DNA of 51,047 bases from Gammaproteobacteria bacterium. Lineage in GTDB: Bacteria; Pseudomonadota; Gammaproteobacteria; GCF-002020875. Under the pieces are notes generated by a model. The model was not told the DNA's origin. It saw nothing but the letters and a program-made list of their open reading frames with translations, and searched no databases. The stretch is from NCBI GenBank assembly GCA_018648825.1, contig JABGQL010000073.1, positions 2,118 through 53,164 of the forward strand, read 5' to 3'. The translations under genes were made by a program, and so were the position numbers. Shown piece by piece: positions 9,319 through 18,439 of this stretch; positions within the stretch are counted from its first letter, which is position 1; each line of letters starts with the position of its first letter.

Positions 9319-9342
9319 TAACTTATTGAAAAGTACTTGATT
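9319..9342 (-). promoter_or_regulatory. Two near-consensus IHF sites
   Basis: Minus strand AATCAAGTACTTT and TTTCAATAAGTTA, each one mismatch from WATCAANNNNTTR, directly upstream of the sigma-54 site. Confidence 0.5.
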
Positions 9343-9418
9343 TATTGGTGGATGCTGTGGGGGCTAATAGGCTGTTTTGGATGAACTGTTCAATAGATGG
9401 ATCTGTTCCATCCGCCGT

Positions 9419-9488
9419 TGAATGAATCGTTCATTTTATGAATAAAACAGATCGGAATGGTGTTTTTTACAGGTGAATGATTCGTTCA
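9419..9488. promoter_or_regulatory. Pair of palindromic putative enhancer (UAS) sites
   Basis: TGAATGAATCGTTCA (9419-9433) and TGAATGATTCGTTCA (9474-9488), 14/15 identical, centres 55 bp apart, between two divergent sigma-54 promoters. Confidence 0.65.
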
Positions 9489-9511
9489 CTACTTTATTGT
9501 AACGGATGTTT

Positions 9512-9524
9512 TATCAATGTGTTG
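9512..9524 (+). promoter_or_regulatory. IHF binding site
   Basis: TATCAATGTGTTG is a perfect WATCAANNNNTTR, located between the palindromes and the -24 element. Confidence 0.7.
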
Positions 9525-9542
9525 TCAGTTATTTCTCTCTGC

Positions 9543-9558
9543 TGGCATAGAAAATGCT
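9543..9558 (+). promoter_or_regulatory. Sigma-54 promoter of the cytochrome bd-like operon
   Basis: TGGCATAGAAAATGCT (GG-N10-GC), 40 bp upstream of the first ORF. Confidence 0.8.
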
Positions 9559-9597
9559 CTGCCTGTAAAACCAAGAAAATCAATTGAGGTGCGGATT

Positions 9598-9801
9598 GTG
9601 AGTAAACCATCGGAGTATAGCGAGGATCGTGGCGTAGCAGAGGCGCCGAATAAGCCTCCTCAGAGTGAGCCGCAGAGAGAATCGCATAGAGAGCAAGAGG
9701 TCAGTTGGGGCCCTAAGGTTTTCTTCGCCACGTCGGCTGGTCTGATGCTTTTTTTCTGGTGGTTTTTGATCTATTCAGGTGGCGTAGTACTGCACCACTG
9801 A
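9598..9801 (+). CDS. Small membrane protein, 67 aa, one C-terminal TM helix
   Basis: GAGG RBS then GTG at 9598; hydrophilic N-terminus, then VFFATSAGLMLFFWWFLIYSGGVVLHH. Confidence 0.65.
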   Translation: MSKPSEYSEDRGVAEAPNKPPQSEPQRESHREQEVSWGPKVFFATSAGLMLFFWWFLIYSGGVVLHH

Positions 9802-9845
9802 GTGGTTCTATTTACAGTCTCGATATTGCATGAGCAGGAGTTGGA

Positions 9846-9971
9846 ATGAAGACGGGAATGATATTTGTGGGTGCACTGCTGGTTGCCTTTTTGATGTTCT
9901 ACACCATGGATCATCTGGTGATGGGAATGCAGGGGCTGCCCCTTAATCTTGATTTGACGCCAGCACAGTAG
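9846..9971 (+). CDS. Small single-pass membrane protein, 41 aa (below ORF-track cutoff); candidate accessory subunit
   Basis: AGGAG RBS at 9836-9840; MKTGMIFVGALLVAFLMFYTMDHLVMGMQGLPLNLDLTPAQ; stops 10 nt before the bd-like gene. Confidence 0.7.
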   Translation: MKTGMIFVGALLVAFLMFYTMDHLVMGMQGLPLNLDLTPAQ

Positions 9972-9981
9972 GGAGCGCGCA

Positions 9982-11799
9982 ATGAAACCACTGACATACC
10001 GTACTTTGCTCCTCTGGGTTGTAGCCGTTGCCATCTTCTCGGTAGGCTATTTAGGGGGCGATCTTGGTGGTGACTCGATCTGGAATAGTGCCTCCGCCAT
10101 GGAGCGACTGGTCGAGGGTGAAGAGATTGCACTGAAGCCCGCACCGCAGCCTACCCGTGGTGACTACCCTAATATTGGTGTCAGTAGTCGTGCTGTCGTC
10201 TGGGTGGTTGCGCAGATGCACCTCTTTTTTGGTGCGCTGGTGCTGGCTGTGCCGATGTTTGTGGTCGGTATCGAGATCATGGGGCTGAAGACAGGTGATG
10301 ATCGCTATGACGACATGGCTCATGAGTTTATGAAGATCAGCCTCACCGCCTACTCCATTACCGCCCTGTTTGGCGGCACACTGGCGATCGCACTGTTCTT
10401 GCTGTATCCCACCTTTATGGATTACATGATGGGGGTGTTCGGGGCGCAGATGCTGGTCTATGCGGTGCTCTTCTTTCTGGAGACCTTCTTCCTCTACACC
10501 TACTACTACGGTTGGGATGCGCTGCGTTACGGCAACAAAAAGTGGCTCCATCTCTCATTGGGGTTGATGCTGAATGGCGCGGGTCTGACGCTGATGTTTG
10601 TCTCTAACTCCTGGGCCACCTTTATGATGGCCCCCTCTGGGATCACCGATGTGGGTGCGGTCGTGGGGAATATCTGGGAGATCATGAAGGGGCCGCTCTG
10701 GAATCCGGTCAACCTACACCGTTTTATCGCCAATATCGCCTTTGGTGGTGCGGTGGTCGGCGCTTATGCGGGGTTCAAGTTTCTGGCAGCGCGTACCCCT
10801 GCAGAGAAGGCGCACTATGACTGGATGGGGTACACCTCCAACTTTATCGCCATCTTCGCCTTCCTGCCGTTGCCCTTTGCGGGCTATTGGTTGATGGCTG
10901 AGGTCTACGCCTACTCTCAACAGATGGGGATTACCGCCATGGGAGGTATCCTCGCTTGGCTCTTTATCGTACAGGCGGTGTTGATCGGCACCATTTTACT
11001 GGCAGCAAACTACTACCTCTGGTCGGGGATGTCGCGTACCGAGGGCTCCAAACGCTATCAAGGCTTTATCAAGTGGATTGCATTGACCATAGTGCTCTGC
11101 TTCCTGATCTGGATGACCCCACATACTCTGCTGTTGAGCGCGAGTGAGATTGCGGCTCTGGGTGGAAGCCATCACCATATTTTGGGGCCACTGGGGATCA
11201 TGCCGGCCAAAAATATCGCCGTGAACCTGATGTTGATCATGACCTTCCTTTCGTTTCAGCTCTACCGCCGCTCGGATAAAGAGGCGACGGTCTCCTGGGC
11301 CTCGATGGGTAACGCACTGTTGGTTGCCATCTATATCGCGGCCATTGTCAATATCATCTTTGCTGGGGTCTACTACGGCTACTTCACCAACACCGTCTAC
11401 AAAGTGGGTTCCAGTGTGACTCAGGTGGTCTCAACCCTGATTGTGATTATCTCTGGGGTGATCATTGACGGCATGATGTATAAGAATGCCAAGGTCAAAT
11501 ACCCTGCGGTCTGGGGGCGGGTTACCAACCGCTCGCAGTATGCACTGTTTGCCTTGCCGGTCGCCTTCACTTGGCTGATGGGGTTGATGGGGTATGTGCG
11601 CTCCTCGGTGAAGACCCACTGGCATATCTATACGGTGATGAAAGATAACTCCCCAGATAACTATATTCCGGCGATTGGCTATGCGGGCAATATGGTAACG
11701 CTGGTTACGGTGCTGTTCTTGATCTTCGTGCTGTTTGTCTTCTGGGTTGCCAACCTCAGCCAGCAGAAGCAGGTCAAACCGCAGGAGGCAGAGGCATGA
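9982..11799 (+). CDS. Cytochrome bd-like oxidoreductase subunit I (Nitrospira-type, non-canonical CydA homolog)
   Basis: Polytopic membrane protein; AQMHLFF (H19-equivalent), FFLETFF (E107-equivalent), WNPVNLHRF (H186-equivalent), DWMGY..LPLPFAGYWL..QQMGITAMGG. No Q-loop motif; GRQPW replaced by VKTHW. Confidence 0.8.
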   Translation: MKPLTYRTLLLWVVAVAIFSVGYLGGDLGGDSIWNSASAMERLVEGEEIALKPAPQPTRGDYPNIGVSSRAVVWVVAQMHLFFGALVLAVPMFVVGIEIMGLKTGDDRYDDMAHEFMKISLTAYSITALFGGTLAIALFLLYPTFMDYMMGVFGAQMLVYAVLFFLETFFLYTYYYGWDALRYGNKKWLHLSLGLMLNGAGLTLMFVSNSWATFMMAPSGITDVGAVVGNIWEIMKGPLWNPVNLHRFIANIAFGGAVVGAYAGFKFLAARTPAEKAHYDWMGYTSNFIAIFAFLPLPFAGYWLMAEVYAYSQQMGITAMGGILAWLFIVQAVLIGTILLAANYYLWSGMSRTEGSKRYQGFIKWIALTIVLCFLIWMTPHTLLLSASEIAALGGSHHHILGPLGIMPAKNIAVNLMLIMTFLSFQLYRRSDKEATVSWASMGNALLVAIYIAAIVNIIFAGVYYGYFTNTVYKVGSSVTQVVSTLIVIISGVIIDGMMYKNAKVKYPAVWGRVTNRSQYALFALPVAFTWLMGLMGYVRSSVKTHWHIYTVMKDNSPDNYIPAIGYAGNMVTLVTVLFLIFVLFVFWVANLSQQKQVKPQEAEA

Positions 11800-12629
11800 T
11801 GGAGCGCAATCGACAACGCGGCAATGTGCTGCTCTCTACGCTGGGGTTTAGCTTGGGGTTGATTCTACTCTTTACCATGGTCGCCAATATCCTGCCTCAG
11901 GTTGAGGGTGAGGCCCCAGTAGATAGTGAGGTCGATTTGGGGGCGCTTACCATGGATAGTTTTGTCTCCTTGGGGGAGGAGCTGTTCAGAGGGAAGGGGA
12001 CCTGCACCCTCTGTCATAACAATTTGGGGCGCGCCCCTGACATCTTAGTGATGAATATGGTGGATACCTCCAGTGAGCGCTTGAGTGATACGCGCTATCA
12101 GGGGGGAGCGGCCGATGTAGAGGCGTATCTGCGTGAATCGATGATCGATCCGAGTGGTTATGTGGTGGCCTCTTTTGGTAAGAAGGGAAGTGACGATACA
12201 GAGTCCCCGATGCCAACGGTCAACAAGGCACCACTGAACCTTTCGGATATCGAGATAGATGCCATTATCGCCTTTATGCAGTCGAAGGATGGCGGTGAGG
12301 TGACAGTAGCGTTGCCAACGGAGGCACCAGCCGTAGCAGAAGAGAGTGCAGCAGGTGGCGGTGCAGCTCCAGCCGAGAGTGGTGAGGCGGCTATTGCCAA
12401 GTATGGTTGCAGTGCTTGTCATCTGATCAGTGGATCGGGTGGTGATCTGGGGCCTGACTTGAGTGGCATCGCTGCTCGACTGGATGCACAACAGCTGCAG
12501 CAGGCGATTACAGAGCCCAATGCGGTGATTGCCGAAGGCTTTGCTGTAGGGCTGATGCCCACCGATTTTGCAAATAAGATGACCGTCAGCGAGTTGAAGA
12601 TGGTGGTCGATCTACTGTTGAAGCAGTAG
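11796..12629 (+). CDS. Membrane-anchored diheme cytochrome c
   Basis: N-terminal TM helix; CTLCH and CSACH, each with a downstream MP axial-ligand motif; overlaps the upstream stop. Confidence 0.9.
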   Translation: MMERNRQRGNVLLSTLGFSLGLILLFTMVANILPQVEGEAPVDSEVDLGALTMDSFVSLGEELFRGKGTCTLCHNNLGRAPDILVMNMVDTSSERLSDTRYQGGAADVEAYLRESMIDPSGYVVASFGKKGSDDTESPMPTVNKAPLNLSDIEIDAIIAFMQSKDGGEVTVALPTEAPAVAEESAAGGGAAPAESGEAAIAKYGCSACHLISGSGGDLGPDLSGIAARLDAQQLQQAITEPNAVIAEGFAVGLMPTDFANKMTVSELKMVVDLLLKQ

Positions 12630-12663
12630 TCCACGGAATTATGGGATTGGGAGTAGTGTTGCG

Positions 12664-15105
12664 ATGAGACGATTGGGCATAGCGCCGTTTTGGCAGGCTG
12701 TTCTGGTAGTGGTTGCGGCCTACCTGTTTTTTACCAACGCCTTTCCCCCATTGATGCCGCTCTCACTGGTGATTCAATTTATGTTGATCACCGTGGTTGG
12801 GGTGCTGCTCTACTACTCTTTTGATGATGAGCGCTGGGCTGAATTTCTCTCACCGATACAAAATGTACTGCGTGGCGGTGGTTTCCGCTTGACCTTGACC
12901 CGCTGGTTTTTCCTGCTGGCTATCCCCGCTTTGGTTGGGCAGACCACCTTCAACTTAGTGAAGCCGTCACTCGACTCTCCGGTTGAGTTGCGTCAAGTCC
13001 ACCCAGCGCCCCCCTCCAGTGTGAAGCTTTGGGGCAAGAGTTTTGATCTCAATAGCCTAGAGAGCCCTGTTCGAAACGAGGTGCTGAAGCAGTGGAAGGC
13101 GGGTGAGAAAGAGTCTGCAATGGCGCTCTATAGTGAGGCGGTCGACAGTGGGCGTGATGTCTACTATGGCAACTGTTTCTTCTGCCATGGAGATCTGCTG
13201 GATGGCAAAGGGCACTACGCCGAGGGGTTTAATCCGCAGCCGATCAACTTCCAAGACCCCACCGTAATCCCGCAGCAGCAAGAGGCATTTCTCTTCTGGC
13301 GTGCAGCTACGGGCGGCCCCGGTCTGCCCAAAGAGGGTACGCCGTGGAACTCTGCAATGCCGGTTTGGCATGAGATGTTGGATGAGGATGAGATCTGGAA
13401 TGTATTGATGTTTATCTTTGACTACAACGGTCAGGTCCCCAGAATCTGGAATCTACAGGATTCTGAAGCAGCAACAGCGATGCGTGATCTGATTCAGCGT
13501 GAGCGTAAAGGGGTAAAAGGGGATGCGCTCTATCAGCACCGTTGCGCCGTCTGTCATGGTGAAGAGGGGGCGGGGGATGGTGTCGCCGCTGAGCTGATGT
13601 ACCCCAAACCCCGTGACTTCACACTGGCCCTGTTCAAGTACAAGAGCTCTCCCGGTATGGTATTGCCGCGTGATGAGGATCTATTCCGTACCATTGAGCA
13701 GGGGTTGGATGGTACCGGTATGCCGGGTTGGGGGACTTTGCTGAGTGATGAGCAGATCAGCAGCCTGATTCCGGTGATTAAATCCTTCGATGTGGCAGCA
13801 TCTTGGCCGCCAGAAGAGGCTGAGGAGGAGGACTATGACGAGGATAGCGGACGTTATCTGAAGCAGGACTTCCAAGTGATCACCGAGCGTGAGCCGGAGC
13901 AGGGGCAGCAGCCCTATACACCGGAATCTATTGCCCAAGGTAAGGTCGCCTTTGATAAGTCCTGTACCGAATGTCATGGTGATACTGGGCGAGGCAACAT
14001 CCTCTCGGGCAAGCAGTTGGCGGATGACTGGGGTAACCGTATCTGGCCGCGTGATCTGACCAAGCCCTGGACCTGGCGTGCCACCAATGTCACTACAGGA
14101 GAGACCCCTGAAGTGAGTCGTCAGCAGACGGTACGTAATATCTATACCCGCCTCTCTATCGGTATTCCCGGCACCCCAATGCCGGCTCACCGTGCGACAG
14201 AGGAGGGGAACAAAGATCCGGTCCCACTGGAAGATCGTTGGCATATTGCCAACTACGTCTACAGTCTGCGTGAGACCACCCCCCCAATCGGTGACAGCAA
14301 TATGATTCGAGCCACTAAGCTGGCTGGGGTGTTGCCCGATTCGGTGGAAGATGAGCAGTGGGGTAATGCGGAGGCTACCTCCTTGATGTTGGTCCCTAAC
14401 ATCATCAAGGAGGAGCGTCTCTTTACTCCGCTCAATGATGCCATCACAGTGCGTGCACTCTACAACAGCAAAGAGATTGCACTACTGCTGGAGATTGATG
14501 ACCGTACCGACAGCCGTCCGGGGGAGGAGGTCTCAGTAGGCATTCAGGATGAGAATCTGGAGCTCTTCTCTGATGCGGTTGCGGTACAGTTCCCCAAAGA
14601 GAAAGCCTACGAGAGTAAGCCGGTGGTGGTGAAACCGCTTTACCGTCATGGAGATAAAGCTCACCACACCACCATGTGGTACTGGAATGCAGGGAGTGTA
14701 GAGCCTGCACGGCCGGGTCAGGCAATGCTCTTGGATGCCTCAGGCCCCGATAAGAAGATTGAGCCACGTAGGGGCGATGATTCACTGCAGGCCAAGGGGA
14801 TATGGAAAAATGGTCGCTGGCAGATCCTGATGAAGCGCCCCCGTAATGGTGGGGGCAGGGATGGAAAAACGGGTGACCTCAACTTTATTGAGGGGCAGTT
14901 CCTGCCTATTTCATTCGCCAACTGGGATGGTAGCAATGGTGAAAAGGGGGCGAAGCATACATTGACCAGCTGGGGCTGGTTGGTACTACCACCAGAGGTT
15001 GATGAGCAGCGCCTTTATGCTGTCCCGGGTGGTGTCGCGCTGTTTGTCTTCCTTATGGGCTTGTTGCTGGTGAGAAAGCAGCGCATGTATCGAAAACAGT
15101 ATTAG
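12664..15105 (+). CDS. Membrane-bound triheme cytochrome c fused to an EbdC/NxrC-like (DOMON-type) heme-b domain
   Basis: N-terminal TMs; CFFCH, CAVCH, CTECH; C-terminal VRALYN..FSDAVAVQFP..WKNGRW..ISFANWDGSNGEKGAK; final TM anchor. Confidence 0.85.
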   Translation: MRRLGIAPFWQAVLVVVAAYLFFTNAFPPLMPLSLVIQFMLITVVGVLLYYSFDDERWAEFLSPIQNVLRGGGFRLTLTRWFFLLAIPALVGQTTFNLVKPSLDSPVELRQVHPAPPSSVKLWGKSFDLNSLESPVRNEVLKQWKAGEKESAMALYSEAVDSGRDVYYGNCFFCHGDLLDGKGHYAEGFNPQPINFQDPTVIPQQQEAFLFWRAATGGPGLPKEGTPWNSAMPVWHEMLDEDEIWNVLMFIFDYNGQVPRIWNLQDSEAATAMRDLIQRERKGVKGDALYQHRCAVCHGEEGAGDGVAAELMYPKPRDFTLALFKYKSSPGMVLPRDEDLFRTIEQGLDGTGMPGWGTLLSDEQISSLIPVIKSFDVAASWPPEEAEEEDYDEDSGRYLKQDFQVITEREPEQGQQPYTPESIAQGKVAFDKSCTECHGDTGRGNILSGKQLADDWGNRIWPRDLTKPWTWRATNVTTGETPEVSRQQTVRNIYTRLSIGIPGTPMPAHRATEEGNKDPVPLEDRWHIANYVYSLRETTPPIGDSNMIRATKLAGVLPDSVEDEQWGNAEATSLMLVPNIIKEERLFTPLNDAITVRALYNSKEIALLLEIDDRTDSRPGEEVSVGIQDENLELFSDAVAVQFPKEKAYESKPVVVKPLYRHGDKAHHTTMWYWNAGSVEPARPGQAMLLDASGPDKKIEPRRGDDSLQAKGIWKNGRWQILMKRPRNGGGRDGKTGDLNFIEGQFLPISFANWDGSNGEKGAKHTLTSWGWLVLPPEVDEQRLYAVPGGVALFVFLMGLLLVRKQRMYRKQY

Positions 15106-15231
15106 AAACCACAATTTCTTTGAGTTTTTGCCGTTTATCTCTGCTGAGAGGGCATGGCCTGCTGAATAAAAGATATTGATACTCTATGGGTACGGTTCAC
15201 GTATGATAGATAAAATACTTTTACAGTAGAT

Positions 15232-15720
15232 ATGGTTATGGATAGCAAAAAATACGTTCTTATTGCCGATGATGACAATACGGTTTTAAATCTTTATGAG
15301 TCTATTCTAGGCACGCTTACCGACGAACACCCCAATGATTTGGTATCCGATGAGTTGGATGACCTCAGTGCATTGATTGGTGTTTCGGTTGAAGAGAGTA
15401 AACCCGATGTCTATGAGGGAGACCTTGACTTCTATCTCGCGAATGATGGCCTTAGTGCAGTGGATATGCAGGACCAGTGTATAGAGGCGGGAATTGTTGT
15501 GACCCATGCGTTGCTAGATATCCGCATGCCTCCAGGCATCGACGGGATCAAGACGGCGAAACTGCTTCTGGAAAAAAACCCCAGCCTTGATATTACCTTT
15601 ATCAGTGCCTATTCGGAGTACTCCGAAGAGATGATTGCAGAAGAGCTGGGTAGGCCGTGCCGAGTTTTGAAAAAGCCCTTTAGCAAAGAGGAAATTATTG
15701 AAATTTTGTCTGAGTCGTAA
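15232..15720 (+). CDS. Single-domain response regulator with acidic insertion
   Basis: VLIADDD, LLDIRMPPGIDG, FISAY, LKKPF; no output domain. Confidence 0.85.
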   Translation: MVMDSKKYVLIADDDNTVLNLYESILGTLTDEHPNDLVSDELDDLSALIGVSVEESKPDVYEGDLDFYLANDGLSAVDMQDQCIEAGIVVTHALLDIRMPPGIDGIKTAKLLLEKNPSLDITFISAYSEYSEEMIAEELGRPCRVLKKPFSKEEIIEILSES

Positions 15721-15788
15721 TGTTATCCCAGCACTCTTAAACAAGTTTTTGGGGTGGTGGAAGGTGTCAGGTAAGAGAGAAACTTAAA

Positions 15789-16055
15789 ATGGAACGTCTG
15801 AATTATATTGTAGAGTGGTTAGACCGAGAGTGGTTTCGTTTTCTCGTCTGGTTTCTGGTGGGGCTGTTTGTGATTCCTATGGGGATTACCTTACTGACTG
15901 GGGCGGTCAAGCTGGATCGATTCTATGATGGGTTAATGCCGGGGCAGCTCAATATTGGGGTGTTACTGTTAGCGATGGCCCCCTATCTGCTCTATTTGGG
16001 GTACCGCATTGTGCGTCATATGCGTGGTGGAGAAGGGGAAATTGAGGTTTTTTAG
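15789..16055 (+). CDS. Small two-TM hypothetical membrane protein
   Basis: 88 aa with two hydrophobic helices; purine-rich leader. Confidence 0.6.
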   Translation: MERLNYIVEWLDREWFRFLVWFLVGLFVIPMGITLLTGAVKLDRFYDGLMPGQLNIGVLLLAMAPYLLYLGYRIVRHMRGGEGEIEVF

Positions 16056-16279
16056 GGTATATTCAATTCGCACAGCTTGGTCAGATGTTCCCTAAGAGGC
16101 TGTAGATAGAACCAAAGAGAGTGAAGTCAGTTTTGGTTTTCTAGAGCTTTCCTATATGGCTGAAAGTGGAGCTTGTTGCTATTTAATAGTGATCATAAAA
16201 TTAACAATTGCTAATATAGTTATTGGGTGGTACTGTTCGCGGCTTTTCCGCCCTCTACACAGCTTAAGGCTTATAGCAC

Positions 16280-18259
16280 ATGCCCTCTTCGATTGCCTCC
16301 CACAAAAAGCCATTACTATCAAAAAAACAACTACTTGCGGCTGGCCTATTTGCCCTTCTGGCACTCTATCTAGCACTTATTGTCCCCACCATTGAGGTTG
16401 CATGGGTTAGCACTATTCTGGTGCTGACCATCTACCTGTTTGCGTTTGAAGTGGTCTCTGTGGATGTGGCTGCGATTACGGTGATGGTGCTGTTGGGGCT
16501 CACCACGCTGCTCGCTCCAATGATGGGGCTGGAGGCTGGGCTGGTTGATAACCGTCAGTTATTCAATGGCTTCTCCTCCAATGCGGTGATCTCCATTATT
16601 GCCGTGATGATCATTGGCGCGGGACTAGACCGTACCGGTATGATGAGTCGAGTGGCGACACTGATTCTCAACGTGGGAGGCACCACAGAGAAACGTATCA
16701 TCCCCATCATCTCCTCTACCGTTGGTTTTATCTCCTCCTTTATGCAGAACGTGGGCGCAGCTGCGCTGTTTTTGCCCGTGGTATCCCGTATCTCTGCCCG
16801 TTCAGGATTGCCGATGTCGCGGCTGTTGATGCCGATGGGCTTTACCGCGATTTTAGGCGGGACCATGACCATGGTCGGGTCCAGCCCCTTGATTCTGTTG
16901 AATGATCTGATTCTGGCCTCCAATCAGGCGCTTCCAGAGACACAGCAGATGGAGACTTGGGGGCTGTTCTCCGTTACTCCGGTGGGTGTTGCGCTGGTAT
17001 TGACCGGAATCGCCTACTTCATGGTTGCGGGTCGTTTTGTATTGCCAACCCATAGTGGAGAGGATGCCACGGTGAAGGGCGTTGATTCAATGCACTACTT
17101 TCATGAGGTCTATGGCGTTGACTATGGTATTCATGAGCTGGTGGTGGTTGATCAGAGCACCTTGGTTGGTAAACAGTTTGATGAAGTAGAGAATCGCTAT
17201 AGTGTGCGTATTATTGCAACCAAGTTGCCTGGAGAGGCACCTCGTGTAGGGCCGGGTGCATTGGCGCGTGATGTCGATATTCAGGCCGGTATGGTGCTGG
17301 GAGTGGTGGCAGAGCCTGCTCATCTGGAGCAATTTGTCTCCACCTTCCAGCTCAAGCAGCGCGATATGATGCGCACCTTCACCGAAGACCTCTCTCCGAA
17401 TAAATCGGGTATTGCAGAGGTGGTGATTCCTCCTCGTTCTGCGTTGATTGGTAAGAGTGCACGTGATCTCTGGATGCGTAAAATCTATGGTTTGGCGATG
17501 GTGGGGCTGCACCGTAATGGTGAAACTTTGCGAGAAGGGGATGATGTACGTAACCAGCCACTGATGGCAGGGGATACGTTGATGGTTCACACCTCATGGC
17601 GAGATCTTGAGCGTATCGAGAAGGATCGTGACTTTGTGGTGGTGACTACGGAGTTTCCACGTGAAGAGGAGATGCGTCCCCATAAAATTCTGCCAGCGGC
17701 CATTTTCTTCGGCATTGCACTGTTTATGGTGCTGTTTACCGATATTCGCCTCTCGGTAGCGTTGTTAACTGGAGCCATGGGGATGGTGCTGAGTGGGGTC
17801 TTGAGTATTGATGAGGCCTATGAGGCCGTGAGCTGGAAAACGGTCTTTCTGCTCGCCTCATTGATTCCTCTGGGGCTGGCGGTGGAGACCAGTGGTACCG
17901 CACGCTGGATTGCAGAGCAGGTGCTGGAGGTGGTTGGTGCTCAGCCGCTTTGGGTGATTCAGACTGCGATTGCGATATTGGCTACCTTCTTTACACTGGT
18001 GATGTCGAATGTGGGGGCAACGGTACTGCTGGTCCCCTTGGCGGTCAATATCGCAATTGGTGCGGGGGGTGACCCTGCTGTTTTTGCACTGACAGTGGCG
18101 ATCGCAACCTCCAACTCCTTCCTGATTCCGACGCATCAGGTGAATGCGCTGATTATGGGGCCTGCAGGATATCGCGTGGCTGACTTTATCCGCGCAGGCG
18201 GGGTGATGACGGTGCTGTTTATTGTGGTGCAGATTACTGCAATGAGCCTCTTCTTTTGA
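16280..18259 (+). CDS. SLC13/CitMHS-type anion permease with two TrkA-C (RCK_C) domains
   Basis: FMQNVGAAALFLP, GGTMTMVGSSP, central soluble VV..S.L.GK repeats, VMSNVGA, SNSFLIPTHQVNALIMGPAGY. Confidence 0.9.
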   Translation: MPSSIASHKKPLLSKKQLLAAGLFALLALYLALIVPTIEVAWVSTILVLTIYLFAFEVVSVDVAAITVMVLLGLTTLLAPMMGLEAGLVDNRQLFNGFSSNAVISIIAVMIIGAGLDRTGMMSRVATLILNVGGTTEKRIIPIISSTVGFISSFMQNVGAAALFLPVVSRISARSGLPMSRLLMPMGFTAILGGTMTMVGSSPLILLNDLILASNQALPETQQMETWGLFSVTPVGVALVLTGIAYFMVAGRFVLPTHSGEDATVKGVDSMHYFHEVYGVDYGIHELVVVDQSTLVGKQFDEVENRYSVRIIATKLPGEAPRVGPGALARDVDIQAGMVLGVVAEPAHLEQFVSTFQLKQRDMMRTFTEDLSPNKSGIAEVVIPPRSALIGKSARDLWMRKIYGLAMVGLHRNGETLREGDDVRNQPLMAGDTLMVHTSWRDLERIEKDRDFVVVTTEFPREEEMRPHKILPAAIFFGIALFMVLFTDIRLSVALLTGAMGMVLSGVLSIDEAYEAVSWKTVFLLASLIPLGLAVETSGTARWIAEQVLEVVGAQPLWVIQTAIAILATFFTLVMSNVGATVLLVPLAVNIAIGAGGDPAVFALTVAIATSNSFLIPTHQVNALIMGPAGYRVADFIRAGGVMTVLFIVVQITAMSLFF

Positions 18260-18285
18260 TCTTTGGCTGGCGGGGGAGAGTGGTG

Positions 18286-18353
18286 AGAACGAATTGTTCA
18301 ATCGTTCTCAAGTAATCCTAAGGGGGTATAGGAGAAAGTGAACAAAATGTTCA
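18286..18353. promoter_or_regulatory. Pair of putative enhancer palindromes upstream of the idr operon
   Basis: AGAACGAATTGTTCA (18286-18300) and TGAACAAAATGTTCA (18339-18353), centres 53 bp apart; same pattern as 9419-9488. Confidence 0.6.
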
Positions 18354-18439
18354 TTGCTCATCAATGCTGAACTCTGTTTATAGGTTTTATTTGTTTGTAA
18401 TTAATTGTTGTTAAAGTAAAAAAAGTTTCTCTTCTGCTC

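Noticed and set aside
9517-9597. Longer 94-aa start for the first small ORF
   Set aside because: It would overlap the IHF site and sigma-54 promoter; the RBS supports GTG 9598.
9982-11799. Canonical cydA
   Set aside because: No Q-loop motif, no GRQPW, no cydB; partnered with c-type cytochromes.
18284-18310. Inverted repeat as intrinsic terminator of the permease
   Set aside because: No U-tract, and it overlaps the enhancer-like palindrome; a terminator role is not excluded but unsupported.
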